Shown here: one piece after another, positions 39,401 to 54,414 of the stretch
Layout of the letters: each line of letters starts with the position of its first letter
Numbering within the stretch: position 1 is the first letter of the stretch
Assembly: GCA_051362555.1 (NCBI GenBank)
Contig: JBPQGU010000016.1
Coordinates: 2,480,001 to 2,544,000 of the forward strand
DNA from: Lingula anatina
Taxonomy: Eukaryota; Animalia; Brachiopoda
Reading direction: 5' to 3'
Length of the DNA: 64,000 bases
Program-made: the position numbers and the translations under genes
Notes under the pieces: generated by a model
The model's database searches: none
Told to the model about the DNA's origin: nothing
Seen by the model: only the letters and a program-made list of their open reading frames with translations

Positions 39401-42400
39401 TGACGGGTCATTTTTGGGTGATTTTGAGTGATTTTCGTAAGGTCCGGATATGGCAGTTTTCTTCAATTTTGGCCAGGTAGGGTTGAAAAATTTTTTTCTT
39501 CATTATAGTGTCTGGTAGGTGTGTTTGGTCATTTGTAGTCAGAATAAAGTGCTGGAAGAGTGGTTGTGTCATTATTAAGGAAGAAATAGAGCAAAAACTC
39601 TCTCCACCCCCCCTCTCTCCAAATCCTGTTCTCAGGTGTGCTTTTTGGCCATCTTTAAAGCTGAAATTGGGGGCTTTAATGAAGTGATCCGGGCGCGTTT
39701 CCACATTTTTTATGAATGACAGGTGTGGTAGATTGATTTTCATCACTTTTTGGAAAATTTGGTGACGGGTCATTTTTGGGTGATTTTGAGTGATTTTCGT
39801 AAGGTCCGGATATGGCAGTTTTCTTCAATTTTGGCCAGGTAGGGTTGAAAAATTTTTTTCTTCATTATAGTGTCTGGTAGGTGTGTTTGGTCATTTGTAG
39901 TCAGAATAAAGTGCTGGAAGAGTGGTTGTGTCATTATTAAGGAAGAAATAGAGCAAAAACTCTCTCCACCCCCCCTCTCTCCAAATCCTGTTCTCAGGTG
40001 TGCTTTTTGGCCATCTTTAAAGCTGAAATTGGGGGCTTTAATGAAGTGATCCGGGCGCGTTTCCACATTTTTTATGAATGACAGGTGTGGTAGATTGATT
40101 TTCATCACTTTTTGGAAAATTTGGTGACGGGTCATTTTTGGGTGATTTTGAGTGATTTTCGTAAGGTCCGGATATGGCAGTTTTCTTCAATTTTGGCCAG
40201 GTAGGGTTGAAAAATTTTTTTCTTCATTATAGTGTCTGGTAGGTGTGTTTGGTCATTTGTAGTCAGAATAAAGTGCTGGAAGAGTGGTTGTGTCATTATT
40301 AAGGAAGAAATAGAGCAAAAACTCTCTCCACCCCCCCTCTCTCCAAATCCTGTTCTCAGGTGTGCTTTTTGGCCATCTTTAAAGCTGAAATTGGGGGCTT
40401 TAATGAAGTGATCCGGGCGCGTTTCCACATTTTTTATGAATGACAGGTGTGGTAGATTGATTTTCATCACTTTTTGGAAAATTTGGTGACGGGTCATTTT
40501 TGGGTGATTTTGAGTGATTTTCGTAAGGTCCGGATATGGCAGTTTTCTTCAATTTTGGCCAGGTAGGGTTGAAAAATTTTTTTCTTCATTATAGTGTCTG
40601 GTAGGTGTGTTTGGTCATTTGTAGTCAGAATAAAGTGCTGGAAGAGTGGTTGTGTCATTATTAAGGAAGAAATAGAGCAAAAACTCTCTCCACCCCCCCT
40701 CTCTCCAAATCCTGTTCTCAGGTGTGCTTTTTGGCCATCTTTAAAGCTGAAATTGGGGGCTTTAATGAAGTGATCCGGGCGCGTTTCCACATTTTTTATG
40801 AATGACAGGTGTGGTAGATTGATTTTCATCACTTTTTGGAAAATTTGGTGACGGGTCATTTTTGGGTGATTTTGAGTGATTTTCGTAAGGTCCGGATATG
40901 GCAGTTTTCTTCAATTTTGGCCAGGTAGGGTTGAAAAATTTTTTTCTTCATTATAGTGTCTGGTAGGTGTGTTTGGTCATTTGTAGTCAGAATAAAGTGC
41001 TGGAAGAGTGGTTGTGTCATTATTAAGGAAGAAATAGAGCAAAAACTCTCTCCACCCCCCCTCTCTCCAAATCCTGTTCTCAGGTGTGCTTTTTGGCCAT
41101 CTTTAAAGCTGAAATTGGGGGCTTTAATGAAGTGATCCGGGCGCGTTTCCACATTTTTTATGAATGACAGGTGTGGTAGATTGATTTTCATCACTTTTTG
41201 GAAAATTTGGTGACGGGTCATTTTTGGGTGATTTTGAGTGATTTTCGTAAGGTCCGGATATGGCAGTTTTCTTCAATTTTGGCCAGGTAGGGTTGAAAAA
41301 TTTTTTTCTTCATTATAGTGTCTGGTAGGTGTGTTTGGTCATTTGTAGTCAGAATAAAGTGCTGGAAGAGTGGTTGTGTCATTATTAAGGAAGAAATAGA
41401 GCAAAAACTCTCTCCACCCCCCCTCTCTCCAAATCCTGTTCTCAGGTGTGCTTTTTGGCCATCTTTAAAGCTGAAATTGGGGGCTTTAATGAAGTGATCC
41501 GGGCGCGTTTCCACATTTTTTATGAATGACAGGTGTGGTAGATTGATTTTCATCACTTTTTGGAAAATTTGGTGACGGGTCATTTTTGGGTGATTTTGAG
41601 TGATTTTCGTAAGGTCCGGATATGGCAGTTTTCTTCAATTTTGGCCAGGTAGGGTTGAAAAATTTTTTTCTTCATTATAGTGTCTGGTAGGTGTGTTTGG
41701 TCATTTGTAGTCAGAATAAAGTGCTGGAAGAGTGGTTGTGTCATTATTAAGGAAGAAATAGAGCAAAAACTCTCTCCACCCCCCCTCTCTCCAAATCCTG
41801 TTCTCAGGTGTGCTTTTTGGCCATCTTTAAAGCTGAAATTGGGGGCTTTAATGAAGTGATCCGGGCGCGTTTCCACATTTTTTATGAATGACAGGTGTGG
41901 TAGATTGATTTTCATCACTTTTTGGAAAATTTGGTGACGGGTCATTTTTGGGTGATTTTGAGTGATTTTCGTAAGGTCCGGATATGGCAGTTTTCTTCAA
42001 TTTTGGCCAGGTAGGGTTGAAAAATTTTTTTCTTCATTATAGTGTCTGGTAGGTGTGTTTGGTCATTTGTAGTCAGAATAAAGTGCTGGAAGAGTGGTTG
42101 TGTCATTATTAAGGAAGAAATAGAGCAAAAACTCTCTCCACCCCCCCTCTCTCCAAATCCTGTTCTCAGGTGTGCTTTTTGGCCATCTTTAAAGCTGAAA
42201 TTGGGGGCTTTAATGAAGTGATCCGGGCGCGTTTCCACATTTTTTATGAATGACAGGTGTGGTAGATTGATTTTCATCACTTTTTGGAAAATTTGGTGAC
42301 GGGTCATTTTTGGGTGATTTTGAGTGATTTTCGTAAGGTCCGGATATGGCAGTTTTCTTCAATTTTGGCCAGGTAGGGTTGAAAAATTTTTTTCTTCATT

Positions 42401-43205
42401 ATAGTGTCTGGTAGGTGTGTTTGGTCATTTGTAGTCAGAATAAAGTGCTGGAAGAGTGGTTGTGTCATTATTAAGGAAGAAATAGAGCAAAAACTCTCTC
42501 CACCCCCCCTCTCTCCAAATCCTGTTCTCAGGTGTGCTTTTTGGCCATCTTTAAAGCTGAAATTGGGGGCTTTAATGAAGTGATCCGGGCGCGTTTCCAC
42601 ATTTTTTATGAATGACAGGTGTGGTAGATTGATTTTCATCACTTTTTGGAAAATTTGGTGACGGGTCATTTTTGGGTGATTTTGAGTGATTTTCGTAAGG
42701 TCCGGATATGGCAGTTTTCTTCAATTTTGGCCAGGTAGGGTTGAAAAATTTTTTTCTTCATTATAGTGTCTGGTAGGTGTGTTTGGTCATTTGTAGTCAG
42801 AATAAAGTGCTGGAAGAGTGGTTGTGTCATTATTAAGGAAGAAATAGAGCAAAAACTCTCTCCACCCCCCCTCTCTCCAAATCCTGTTCTCAGGTGTGCT
42901 TTTTGGCCATCTTTAAAGCTGAAATTGGGGGCTTTAATGAAGTGATCCGGGCGCGTTTCCACATTTTTTATGAATGACAGGTGTGGTAGATTGATTTTCA
43001 TCACTTTTTGGAAAATTTGGTGACGGGTCATTTTTGGGTGATTTTGAGTGATTTTCGTAAGGTCCGGATATGGCAGTTTTCTTCAATTTTGGCCAGGTAG
43101 GGTTGAAAAATTTTTTTCTTCATTATAGTGTCTGGTAGGTGTGTTTGGTCATTTGTAGTCAGAATAAAGTGCTGGAAGAGTGGTTGTGTCATTATTAAGG
43201 AAGAA

Positions 43206-43931
43206 ATAGAGCAAAAACTCTCTCCACCCCCCCCTCTCTCCAAATCCTGTTCTCAGGTGTGCTTTTTGGCCATCTTTAAAGCTGAAATTGGGGGCTTTAA
43301 TGAAGTGATCCGGGCGCGTTTCCACATTTTTTATGTATGACAGGTGTGGTAGATTGATTTTCATCTCTTTTTGGAAAATTTGGTGACGGGTCATTTTTGG
43401 GTGATTTTGAGTGATTTTCGTAAGGTCCGGATATGGCAGTTTTCTTCAATTTTGGCCAGGTAGGGTTGAAAAATTTTTTTCTTCATTATAGTGTCTGGTA
43501 GGTGTGTTTGGTCATTTGTAGTCAGAATAAAGTGCTGGAAGAGTGGTTGTGTCATTATTAAGGAAGAAATAGAGCAAAAACTCTCTCCACCCCCCCCTCT
43601 CTCCAAATCCTGTTCTCAGGTGTGCTTTTTGGCCATCTTTAAAGCTGAAATTGGGGGCTTTAATGAAGTGATCCGGGCGCGTTTCCACATTTTTTATGAA
43701 TGACAGGTGTGGTAGATTGATTTTCATCACTTTTTGGAAAATTTGGTGACGGGTCATTTTTGGGTGATTTTGAGTGATTTTCGTAAGGTCCGGATATGGC
43801 AGTTTTCTTCAATTTTGGCCAGGTAGGGTTGAAAAATTTTTTTCTTCATTATAGTGTCTGGTAGGTGTGTTTGGTCATTTGTAGTCAGAATAAAGTGCTG
43901 GAAGAGTGGTTGTGTCATTATTAAGGAAGAA
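43206..43931. repeat. Marked monomer pair, copy 1 (two 363-bp C8 monomers; first also A>T at 43336 and 43366)
   Basis: C8 at 43227-43234 and 43590-43597; tatgtatgac and catctctttt variants. Confidence 0.9.
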
Positions 43932-46827
43932 ATAGAGCAAAAACTCTCTCCACCCCCCCTCTCTCCAAATCCTGTTCTCAGGTGTGCTTTTTGGCCATCT
44001 TTAAAGCTGAAATTGGGGGCTTTAATGAAGTGATCCGGGCGCGTTTCCACATTTTTTATGAATGACAGGTGTGGTAGATTGATTTTCATCACTTTTTGGA
44101 AAATTTGGTGACGGGTCATTTTTGGGTGATTTTGAGTGATTTTCGTAAGGTCCGGATATGGCAGTTTTCTTCAATTTTGGCCAGGTAGGGTTGAAAAATT
44201 TTTTTCTTCATTATAGTGTCTGGTAGGTGTGTTTGGTCATTTGTAGTCAGAATAAAGTGCTGGAAGAGTGGTTGTGTCATTATTAAGGAAGAAATAGAGC
44301 AAAAACTCTCTCCACCCCCCCTCTCTCCAAATCCTGTTCTCAGGTGTGCTTTTTGGCCATCTTTAAAGCTGAAATTGGGGGCTTTAATGAAGTGATCCGG
44401 GCGCGTTTCCACATTTTTTATGAATGACAGGTGTGGTAGATTGATTTTCATCACTTTTTGGAAAATTTGGTGACGGGTCATTTTTGGGTGATTTTGAGTG
44501 ATTTTCGTAAGGTCCGGATATGGCAGTTTTCTTCAATTTTGGCCAGGTAGGGTTGAAAAATTTTTTTCTTCATTATAGTGTCTGGTAGGTGTGTTTGGTC
44601 ATTTGTAGTCAGAATAAAGTGCTGGAAGAGTGGTTGTGTCATTATTAAGGAAGAAATAGAGCAAAAACTCTCTCCACCCCCCCTCTCTCCAAATCCTGTT
44701 CTCAGGTGTGCTTTTTGGCCATCTTTAAAGCTGAAATTGGGGGCTTTAATGAAGTGATCCGGGCGCGTTTCCACATTTTTTATGAATGACAGGTGTGGTA
44801 GATTGATTTTCATCACTTTTTGGAAAATTTGGTGACGGGTCATTTTTGGGTGATTTTGAGTGATTTTCGTAAGGTCCGGATATGGCAGTTTTCTTCAATT
44901 TTGGCCAGGTAGGGTTGAAAAATTTTTTTCTTCATTATAGTGTCTGGTAGGTGTGTTTGGTCATTTGTAGTCAGAATAAAGTGCTGGAAGAGTGGTTGTG
45001 TCATTATTAAGGAAGAAATAGAGCAAAAACTCTCTCCACCCCCCCTCTCTCCAAATCCTGTTCTCAGGTGTGCTTTTTGGCCATCTTTAAAGCTGAAATT
45101 GGGGGCTTTAATGAAGTGATCCGGGCGCGTTTCCACATTTTTTATGAATGACAGGTGTGGTAGATTGATTTTCATCACTTTTTGGAAAATTTGGTGACGG
45201 GTCATTTTTGGGTGATTTTGAGTGATTTTCGTAAGGTCCGGATATGGCAGTTTTCTTCAATTTTGGCCAGGTAGGGTTGAAAAATTTTTTTCTTCATTAT
45301 AGTGTCTGGTAGGTGTGTTTGGTCATTTGTAGTCAGAATAAAGTGCTGGAAGAGTGGTTGTGTCATTATTAAGGAAGAAATAGAGCAAAAACTCTCTCCA
45401 CCCCCCCTCTCTCCAAATCCTGTTCTCAGGTGTGCTTTTTGGCCATCTTTAAAGCTGAAATTGGGGGCTTTAATGAAGTGATCCGGGCGCGTTTCCACAT
45501 TTTTTATGAATGACAGGTGTGGTAGATTGATTTTCATCACTTTTTGGAAAATTTGGTGACGGGTCATTTTTGGGTGATTTTGAGTGATTTTCGTAAGGTC
45601 CGGATATGGCAGTTTTCTTCAATTTTGGCCAGGTAGGGTTGAAAAATTTTTTTCTTCATTATAGTGTCTGGTAGGTGTGTTTGGTCATTTGTAGTCAGAA
45701 TAAAGTGCTGGAAGAGTGGTTGTGTCATTATTAAGGAAGAAATAGAGCAAAAACTCTCTCCACCCCCCCTCTCTCCAAATCCTGTTCTCAGGTGTGCTTT
45801 TTGGCCATCTTTAAAGCTGAAATTGGGGGCTTTAATGAAGTGATCCGGGCGCGTTTCCACATTTTTTATGAATGACAGGTGTGGTAGATTGATTTTCATC
45901 ACTTTTTGGAAAATTTGGTGACGGGTCATTTTTGGGTGATTTTGAGTGATTTTCGTAAGGTCCGGATATGGCAGTTTTCTTCAATTTTGGCCAGGTAGGG
46001 TTGAAAAATTTTTTTCTTCATTATAGTGTCTGGTAGGTGTGTTTGGTCATTTGTAGTCAGAATAAAGTGCTGGAAGAGTGGTTGTGTCATTATTAAGGAA
46101 GAAATAGAGCAAAAACTCTCTCCACCCCCCCTCTCTCCAAATCCTGTTCTCAGGTGTGCTTTTTGGCCATCTTTAAAGCTGAAATTGGGGGCTTTAATGA
46201 AGTGATCCGGGCGCGTTTCCACATTTTTTATGAATGACAGGTGTGGTAGATTGATTTTCATCACTTTTTGGAAAATTTGGTGACGGGTCATTTTTGGGTG
46301 ATTTTGAGTGATTTTCGTAAGGTCCGGATATGGCAGTTTTCTTCAATTTTGGCCAGGTAGGGTTGAAAAATTTTTTTCTTCATTATAGTGTCTGGTAGGT
46401 GTGTTTGGTCATTTGTAGTCAGAATAAAGTGCTGGAAGAGTGGTTGTGTCATTATTAAGGAAGAAATAGAGCAAAAACTCTCTCCACCCCCCCTCTCTCC
46501 AAATCCTGTTCTCAGGTGTGCTTTTTGGCCATCTTTAAAGCTGAAATTGGGGGCTTTAATGAAGTGATCCGGGCGCGTTTCCACATTTTTTATGAATGAC
46601 AGGTGTGGTAGATTGATTTTCATCACTTTTTGGAAAATTTGGTGACGGGTCATTTTTGGGTGATTTTGAGTGATTTTCGTAAGGTCCGGATATGGCAGTT
46701 TTCTTCAATTTTGGCCAGGTAGGGTTGAAAAATTTTTTTCTTCATTATAGTGTCTGGTAGGTGTGTTTGGTCATTTGTAGTCAGAATAAAGTGCTGGAAG
46801 AGTGGTTGTGTCATTATTAAGGAAGAA

Positions 46828-47174
46828 ATAGAGCAAAAACTCTCTCCAAATCCTGTTCTCAGGTGTGCTTTTTGGCCATCTTTAAAGCTGAAATTGGGGG
46901 CTTTAATGAAGTGATCCGGGCGCGTTTCCACATTTTTTATGAATGACAGGTGTGGTAGATTGATTTTCATCACTTTTTGGAAAATTTGGTGACGGGTCAT
47001 TTTTGGGTGATTTTGAGTGATTTTCGTAAGGTCCGATTATGGCAGTTTTCTTCAATTTTGACCAGGTAGGGTTGAAAATTTTTTTTCTTCATTATAGTGT
47101 CTGGTAGGTGTGTTTGGTCATTTGTAGTCAGAATAAAGTGCTGGAAGAGTGGTTGTGTCATTATTAAGGAAGAA
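46828..47174. repeat. Variant B monomer (347 bp): 15-bp deletion plus substitutions at 47036-47037, 47061 and 47079
   Basis: aaaactctctccaaatcctg (one ctctctcca left); gtccgattat; ttttgaccagg; gttgaaaatttt. Confidence 0.92.
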
Positions 47175-50100
47175 ATAGAGCAAAAACTCTCTCCACCCCC
47201 CCTCTCTCCAAATCCTGTTCTCAGGTGTGCTTTTTGGCCATCTTTAAAGCTGAAATTGGGGGCTTTAATGAAGTGATCCGGGCGCGTTTCCACATTTTTT
47301 ATGAATGACAGGTGTGGTAGATTGATTTTCATCACTTTTTGGAAAATTTGGTGACGGGTCATTTTTGGGTGATTTTGAGTGATTTTCGTAAGGTCCGGAT
47401 ATGGCAGTTTTCTTCAATTTTGGCCAGGTAGGGTTGAAAAATTTTTTTCTTCATTATAGTGTCTGGTAGGTGTGTTTGGTCATTTGTAGTCAGAATAAAG
47501 TGCTGGAAGAGTGGTTGTGTCATTATTAAGGAAGAAATAGAGCAAAAACTCTCTCCACCCCCCCTCTCTCCAAATCCTGTTCTCAGGTGTGCTTTTTGGC
47601 CATCTTTAAAGCTGAAATTGGGGGCTTTAATGAAGTGATCCGGGCGCGTTTCCACATTTTTTATGAATGACAGGTGTGGTAGATTGATTTTCATCACTTT
47701 TTGGAAAATTTGGTGACGGGTCATTTTTGGGTGATTTTGAGTGATTTTCGTAAGGTCCGGATATGGCAGTTTTCTTCAATTTTGGCCAGGTAGGGTTGAA
47801 AAATTTTTTTCTTCATTATAGTGTCTGGTAGGTGTGTTTGGTCATTTGTAGTCAGAATAAAGTGCTGGAAGAGTGGTTGTGTCATTATTAAGGAAGAAAT
47901 AGAGCAAAAACTCTCTCCACCCCCCCTCTCTCCAAATCCTGTTCTCAGGTGTGCTTTTTGGCCATCTTTAAAGCTGAAATTGGGGGCTTTAATGAAGTGA
48001 TCCGGGCGCGTTTCCACATTTTTTATGAATGACAGGTGTGGTAGATTGATTTTCATCACTTTTTGGAAAATTTGGTGACGGGTCATTTTTGGGTGATTTT
48101 GAGTGATTTTCGTAAGGTCCGGATATGGCAGTTTTCTTCAATTTTGGCCAGGTAGGGTTGAAAAATTTTTTTCTTCATTATAGTGTCTGGTAGGTGTGTT
48201 TGGTCATTTGTAGTCAGAATAAAGTGCTGGAAGAGTGGTTGTGTCATTATTAAGGAAGAAATAGAGCAAAAACTCTCTCCACCCCCCCTCTCTCCAAATC
48301 CTGTTCTCAGGTGTGCTTTTTGGCCATCTTTAAAGCTGAAATTGGGGGCTTTAATGAAGTGATCCGGGCGCGTTTCCACATTTTTTATGAATGACAGGTG
48401 TGGTAGATTGATTTTCATCACTTTTTGGAAAATTTGGTGACGGGTCATTTTTGGGTGATTTTGAGTGATTTTCGTAAGGTCCGGATATGGCAGTTTTCTT
48501 CAATTTTGGCCAGGTAGGGTTGAAAAATTTTTTTCTTCATTATAGTGTCTGGTAGGTGTGTTTGGTCATTTGTAGTCAGAATAAAGTGCTGGAAGAGTGG
48601 TTGTGTCATTATTAAGGAAGAAATAGAGCAAAAACTCTCTCCACCCCCCCTCTCTCCAAATCCTGTTCTCAGGTGTGCTTTTTGGCCATCTTTAAAGCTG
48701 AAATTGGGGGCTTTAATGAAGTGATCCGGGCGCGTTTCCACATTTTTTATGAATGACAGGTGTGGTAGATTGATTTTCATCACTTTTTGGAAAATTTGGT
48801 GACGGGTCATTTTTGGGTGATTTTGAGTGATTTTCGTAAGGTCCGGATATGGCAGTTTTCTTCAATTTTGGCCAGGTAGGGTTGAAAAATTTTTTTCTTC
48901 ATTATAGTGTCTGGTAGGTGTGTTTGGTCATTTGTAGTCAGAATAAAGTGCTGGAAGAGTGGTTGTGTCATTATTAAGGAAGAAATAGAGCAAAAACTCT
49001 CTCCACCCCCCCTCTCTCCAAATCCTGTTCTCAGGTGTGCTTTTTGGCCATCTTTAAAGCTGAAATTGGGGGCTTTAATGAAGTGATCCGGGCGCGTTTC
49101 CACATTTTTTATGAATGACAGGTGTGGTAGATTGATTTTCATCACTTTTTGGAAAATTTGGTGACGGGTCATTTTTGGGTGATTTTGAGTGATTTTCGTA
49201 AGGTCCGGATATGGCAGTTTTCTTCAATTTTGGCCAGGTAGGGTTGAAAAATTTTTTTCTTCATTATAGTGTCTGGTAGGTGTGTTTGGTCATTTGTAGT
49301 CAGAATAAAGTGCTGGAAGAGTGGTTGTGTCATTATTAAGGAAGAAATAGAGCAAAAACTCTCTCCACCCCCCCTCTCTCCAAATCCTGTTCTCAGGTGT
49401 GCTTTTTGGCCATCTTTAAAGCTGAAATTGGGGGCTTTAATGAAGTGATCCGGGCGCGTTTCCACATTTTTTATGAATGACAGGTGTGGTAGATTGATTT
49501 TCATCACTTTTTGGAAAATTTGGTGACGGGTCATTTTTGGGTGATTTTGAGTGATTTTCGTAAGGTCCGGATATGGCAGTTTTCTTCAATTTTGGCCAGG
49601 TAGGGTTGAAAAATTTTTTTCTTCATTATAGTGTCTGGTAGGTGTGTTTGGTCATTTGTAGTCAGAATAAAGTGCTGGAAGAGTGGTTGTGTCATTATTA
49701 AGGAAGAAATAGAGCAAAAACTCTCTCCACCCCCCCTCTCTCCAAATCCTGTTCTCAGGTGTGCTTTTTGGCCATCTTTAAAGCTGAAATTGGGGGCTTT
49801 AATGAAGTGATCCGGGCGCGTTTCCACATTTTTTATGAATGACAGGTGTGGTAGATTGATTTTCATCACTTTTTGGAAAATTTGGTGACGGGTCATTTTT
49901 GGGTGATTTTGAGTGATTTTCGTAAGGTCCGGATATGGCAGTTTTCTTCAATTTTGGCCAGGTAGGGTTGAAAAATTTTTTTCTTCATTATAGTGTCTGG
50001 TAGGTGTGTTTGGTCATTTGTAGTCAGAATAAAGTGCTGGAAGAGTGGTTGTGTCATTATTAAGGAAGAAATAGAGCAAAAACTCTCTCCACCCCCCCTC

Positions 50101-53100
50101 TCTCCAAATCCTGTTCTCAGGTGTGCTTTTTGGCCATCTTTAAAGCTGAAATTGGGGGCTTTAATGAAGTGATCCGGGCGCGTTTCCACATTTTTTATGA
50201 ATGACAGGTGTGGTAGATTGATTTTCATCACTTTTTGGAAAATTTGGTGACGGGTCATTTTTGGGTGATTTTGAGTGATTTTCGTAAGGTCCGGATATGG
50301 CAGTTTTCTTCAATTTTGGCCAGGTAGGGTTGAAAAATTTTTTTCTTCATTATAGTGTCTGGTAGGTGTGTTTGGTCATTTGTAGTCAGAATAAAGTGCT
50401 GGAAGAGTGGTTGTGTCATTATTAAGGAAGAAATAGAGCAAAAACTCTCTCCACCCCCCCTCTCTCCAAATCCTGTTCTCAGGTGTGCTTTTTGGCCATC
50501 TTTAAAGCTGAAATTGGGGGCTTTAATGAAGTGATCCGGGCGCGTTTCCACATTTTTTATGAATGACAGGTGTGGTAGATTGATTTTCATCACTTTTTGG
50601 AAAATTTGGTGACGGGTCATTTTTGGGTGATTTTGAGTGATTTTCGTAAGGTCCGGATATGGCAGTTTTCTTCAATTTTGGCCAGGTAGGGTTGAAAAAT
50701 TTTTTTCTTCATTATAGTGTCTGGTAGGTGTGTTTGGTCATTTGTAGTCAGAATAAAGTGCTGGAAGAGTGGTTGTGTCATTATTAAGGAAGAAATAGAG
50801 CAAAAACTCTCTCCACCCCCCCTCTCTCCAAATCCTGTTCTCAGGTGTGCTTTTTGGCCATCTTTAAAGCTGAAATTGGGGGCTTTAATGAAGTGATCCG
50901 GGCGCGTTTCCACATTTTTTATGAATGACAGGTGTGGTAGATTGATTTTCATCACTTTTTGGAAAATTTGGTGACGGGTCATTTTTGGGTGATTTTGAGT
51001 GATTTTCGTAAGGTCCGGATATGGCAGTTTTCTTCAATTTTGGCCAGGTAGGGTTGAAAAATTTTTTTCTTCATTATAGTGTCTGGTAGGTGTGTTTGGT
51101 CATTTGTAGTCAGAATAAAGTGCTGGAAGAGTGGTTGTGTCATTATTAAGGAAGAAATAGAGCAAAAACTCTCTCCACCCCCCCTCTCTCCAAATCCTGT
51201 TCTCAGGTGTGCTTTTTGGCCATCTTTAAAGCTGAAATTGGGGGCTTTAATGAAGTGATCCGGGCGCGTTTCCACATTTTTTATGAATGACAGGTGTGGT
51301 AGATTGATTTTCATCACTTTTTGGAAAATTTGGTGACGGGTCATTTTTGGGTGATTTTGAGTGATTTTCGTAAGGTCCGGATATGGCAGTTTTCTTCAAT
51401 TTTGGCCAGGTAGGGTTGAAAAATTTTTTTCTTCATTATAGTGTCTGGTAGGTGTGTTTGGTCATTTGTAGTCAGAATAAAGTGCTGGAAGAGTGGTTGT
51501 GTCATTATTAAGGAAGAAATAGAGCAAAAACTCTCTCCACCCCCCCTCTCTCCAAATCCTGTTCTCAGGTGTGCTTTTTGGCCATCTTTAAAGCTGAAAT
51601 TGGGGGCTTTAATGAAGTGATCCGGGCGCGTTTCCACATTTTTTATGAATGACAGGTGTGGTAGATTGATTTTCATCACTTTTTGGAAAATTTGGTGACG
51701 GGTCATTTTTGGGTGATTTTGAGTGATTTTCGTAAGGTCCGGATATGGCAGTTTTCTTCAATTTTGGCCAGGTAGGGTTGAAAAATTTTTTTCTTCATTA
51801 TAGTGTCTGGTAGGTGTGTTTGGTCATTTGTAGTCAGAATAAAGTGCTGGAAGAGTGGTTGTGTCATTATTAAGGAAGAAATAGAGCAAAAACTCTCTCC
51901 ACCCCCCCTCTCTCCAAATCCTGTTCTCAGGTGTGCTTTTTGGCCATCTTTAAAGCTGAAATTGGGGGCTTTAATGAAGTGATCCGGGCGCGTTTCCACA
52001 TTTTTTATGAATGACAGGTGTGGTAGATTGATTTTCATCACTTTTTGGAAAATTTGGTGACGGGTCATTTTTGGGTGATTTTGAGTGATTTTCGTAAGGT
52101 CCGGATATGGCAGTTTTCTTCAATTTTGGCCAGGTAGGGTTGAAAAATTTTTTTCTTCATTATAGTGTCTGGTAGGTGTGTTTGGTCATTTGTAGTCAGA
52201 ATAAAGTGCTGGAAGAGTGGTTGTGTCATTATTAAGGAAGAAATAGAGCAAAAACTCTCTCCACCCCCCCTCTCTCCAAATCCTGTTCTCAGGTGTGCTT
52301 TTTGGCCATCTTTAAAGCTGAAATTGGGGGCTTTAATGAAGTGATCCGGGCGCGTTTCCACATTTTTTATGAATGACAGGTGTGGTAGATTGATTTTCAT
52401 CACTTTTTGGAAAATTTGGTGACGGGTCATTTTTGGGTGATTTTGAGTGATTTTCGTAAGGTCCGGATATGGCAGTTTTCTTCAATTTTGGCCAGGTAGG
52501 GTTGAAAAATTTTTTTCTTCATTATAGTGTCTGGTAGGTGTGTTTGGTCATTTGTAGTCAGAATAAAGTGCTGGAAGAGTGGTTGTGTCATTATTAAGGA
52601 AGAAATAGAGCAAAAACTCTCTCCACCCCCCCTCTCTCCAAATCCTGTTCTCAGGTGTGCTTTTTGGCCATCTTTAAAGCTGAAATTGGGGGCTTTAATG
52701 AAGTGATCCGGGCGCGTTTCCACATTTTTTATGAATGACAGGTGTGGTAGATTGATTTTCATCACTTTTTGGAAAATTTGGTGACGGGTCATTTTTGGGT
52801 GATTTTGAGTGATTTTCGTAAGGTCCGGATATGGCAGTTTTCTTCAATTTTGGCCAGGTAGGGTTGAAAAATTTTTTTCTTCATTATAGTGTCTGGTAGG
52901 TGTGTTTGGTCATTTGTAGTCAGAATAAAGTGCTGGAAGAGTGGTTGTGTCATTATTAAGGAAGAAATAGAGCAAAAACTCTCTCCACCCCCCCTCTCTC
53001 CAAATCCTGTTCTCAGGTGTGCTTTTTGGCCATCTTTAAAGCTGAAATTGGGGGCTTTAATGAAGTGATCCGGGCGCGTTTCCACATTTTTTATGAATGA

Positions 53101-54414
53101 CAGGTGTGGTAGATTGATTTTCATCACTTTTTGGAAAATTTGGTGACGGGTCATTTTTGGGTGATTTTGAGTGATTTTCGTAAGGTCCGGATATGGCAGT
53201 TTTCTTCAATTTTGGCCAGGTAGGGTTGAAAAATTTTTTTCTTCATTATAGTGTCTGGTAGGTGTGTTTGGTCATTTGTAGTCAGAATAAAGTGCTGGAA
53301 GAGTGGTTGTGTCATTATTAAGGAAGAAATAGAGCAAAAACTCTCTCCACCCCCCCTCTCTCCAAATCCTGTTCTCAGGTGTGCTTTTTGGCCATCTTTA
53401 AAGCTGAAATTGGGGGCTTTAATGAAGTGATCCGGGCGCGTTTCCACATTTTTTATGAATGACAGGTGTGGTAGATTGATTTTCATCACTTTTTGGAAAA
53501 TTTGGTGACGGGTCATTTTTGGGTGATTTTGAGTGATTTTCGTAAGGTCCGGATATGGCAGTTTTCTTCAATTTTGGCCAGGTAGGGTTGAAAAATTTTT
53601 TTCTTCATTATAGTGTCTGGTAGGTGTGTTTGGTCATTTGTAGTCAGAATAAAGTGCTGGAAGAGTGGTTGTGTCATTATTAAGGAAGAAATAGAGCAAA
53701 AACTCTCTCCACCCCCCCTCTCTCCAAATCCTGTTCTCAGGTGTGCTTTTTGGCCATCTTTAAAGCTGAAATTGGGGGCTTTAATGAAGTGATCCGGGCG
53801 CGTTTCCACATTTTTTATGAATGACAGGTGTGGTAGATTGATTTTCATCACTTTTTGGAAAATTTGGTGACGGGTCATTTTTGGGTGATTTTGAGTGATT
53901 TTCGTAAGGTCCGGATATGGCAGTTTTCTTCAATTTTGGCCAGGTAGGGTTGAAAAATTTTTTTCTTCATTATAGTGTCTGGTAGGTGTGTTTGGTCATT
54001 TGTAGTCAGAATAAAGTGCTGGAAGAGTGGTTGTGTCATTATTAAGGAAGAAATAGAGCAAAAACTCTCTCCACCCCCCCTCTCTCCAAATCCTGTTCTC
54101 AGGTGTGCTTTTTGGCCATCTTTAAAGCTGAAATTGGGGGCTTTAATGAAGTGATCCGGGCGCGTTTCCACATTTTTTATGAATGACAGGTGTGGTAGAT
54201 TGATTTTCATCACTTTTTGGAAAATTTGGTGACGGGTCATTTTTGGGTGATTTTGAGTGATTTTCGTAAGGTCCGGATATGGCAGTTTTCTTCAATTTTG
54301 GCCAGGTAGGGTTGAAAAATTTTTTTCTTCATTATAGTGTCTGGTAGGTGTGTTTGGTCATTTGTAGTCAGAATAAAGTGCTGGAAGAGTGGTTGTGTCA
54401 TTATTAAGGAAGAA

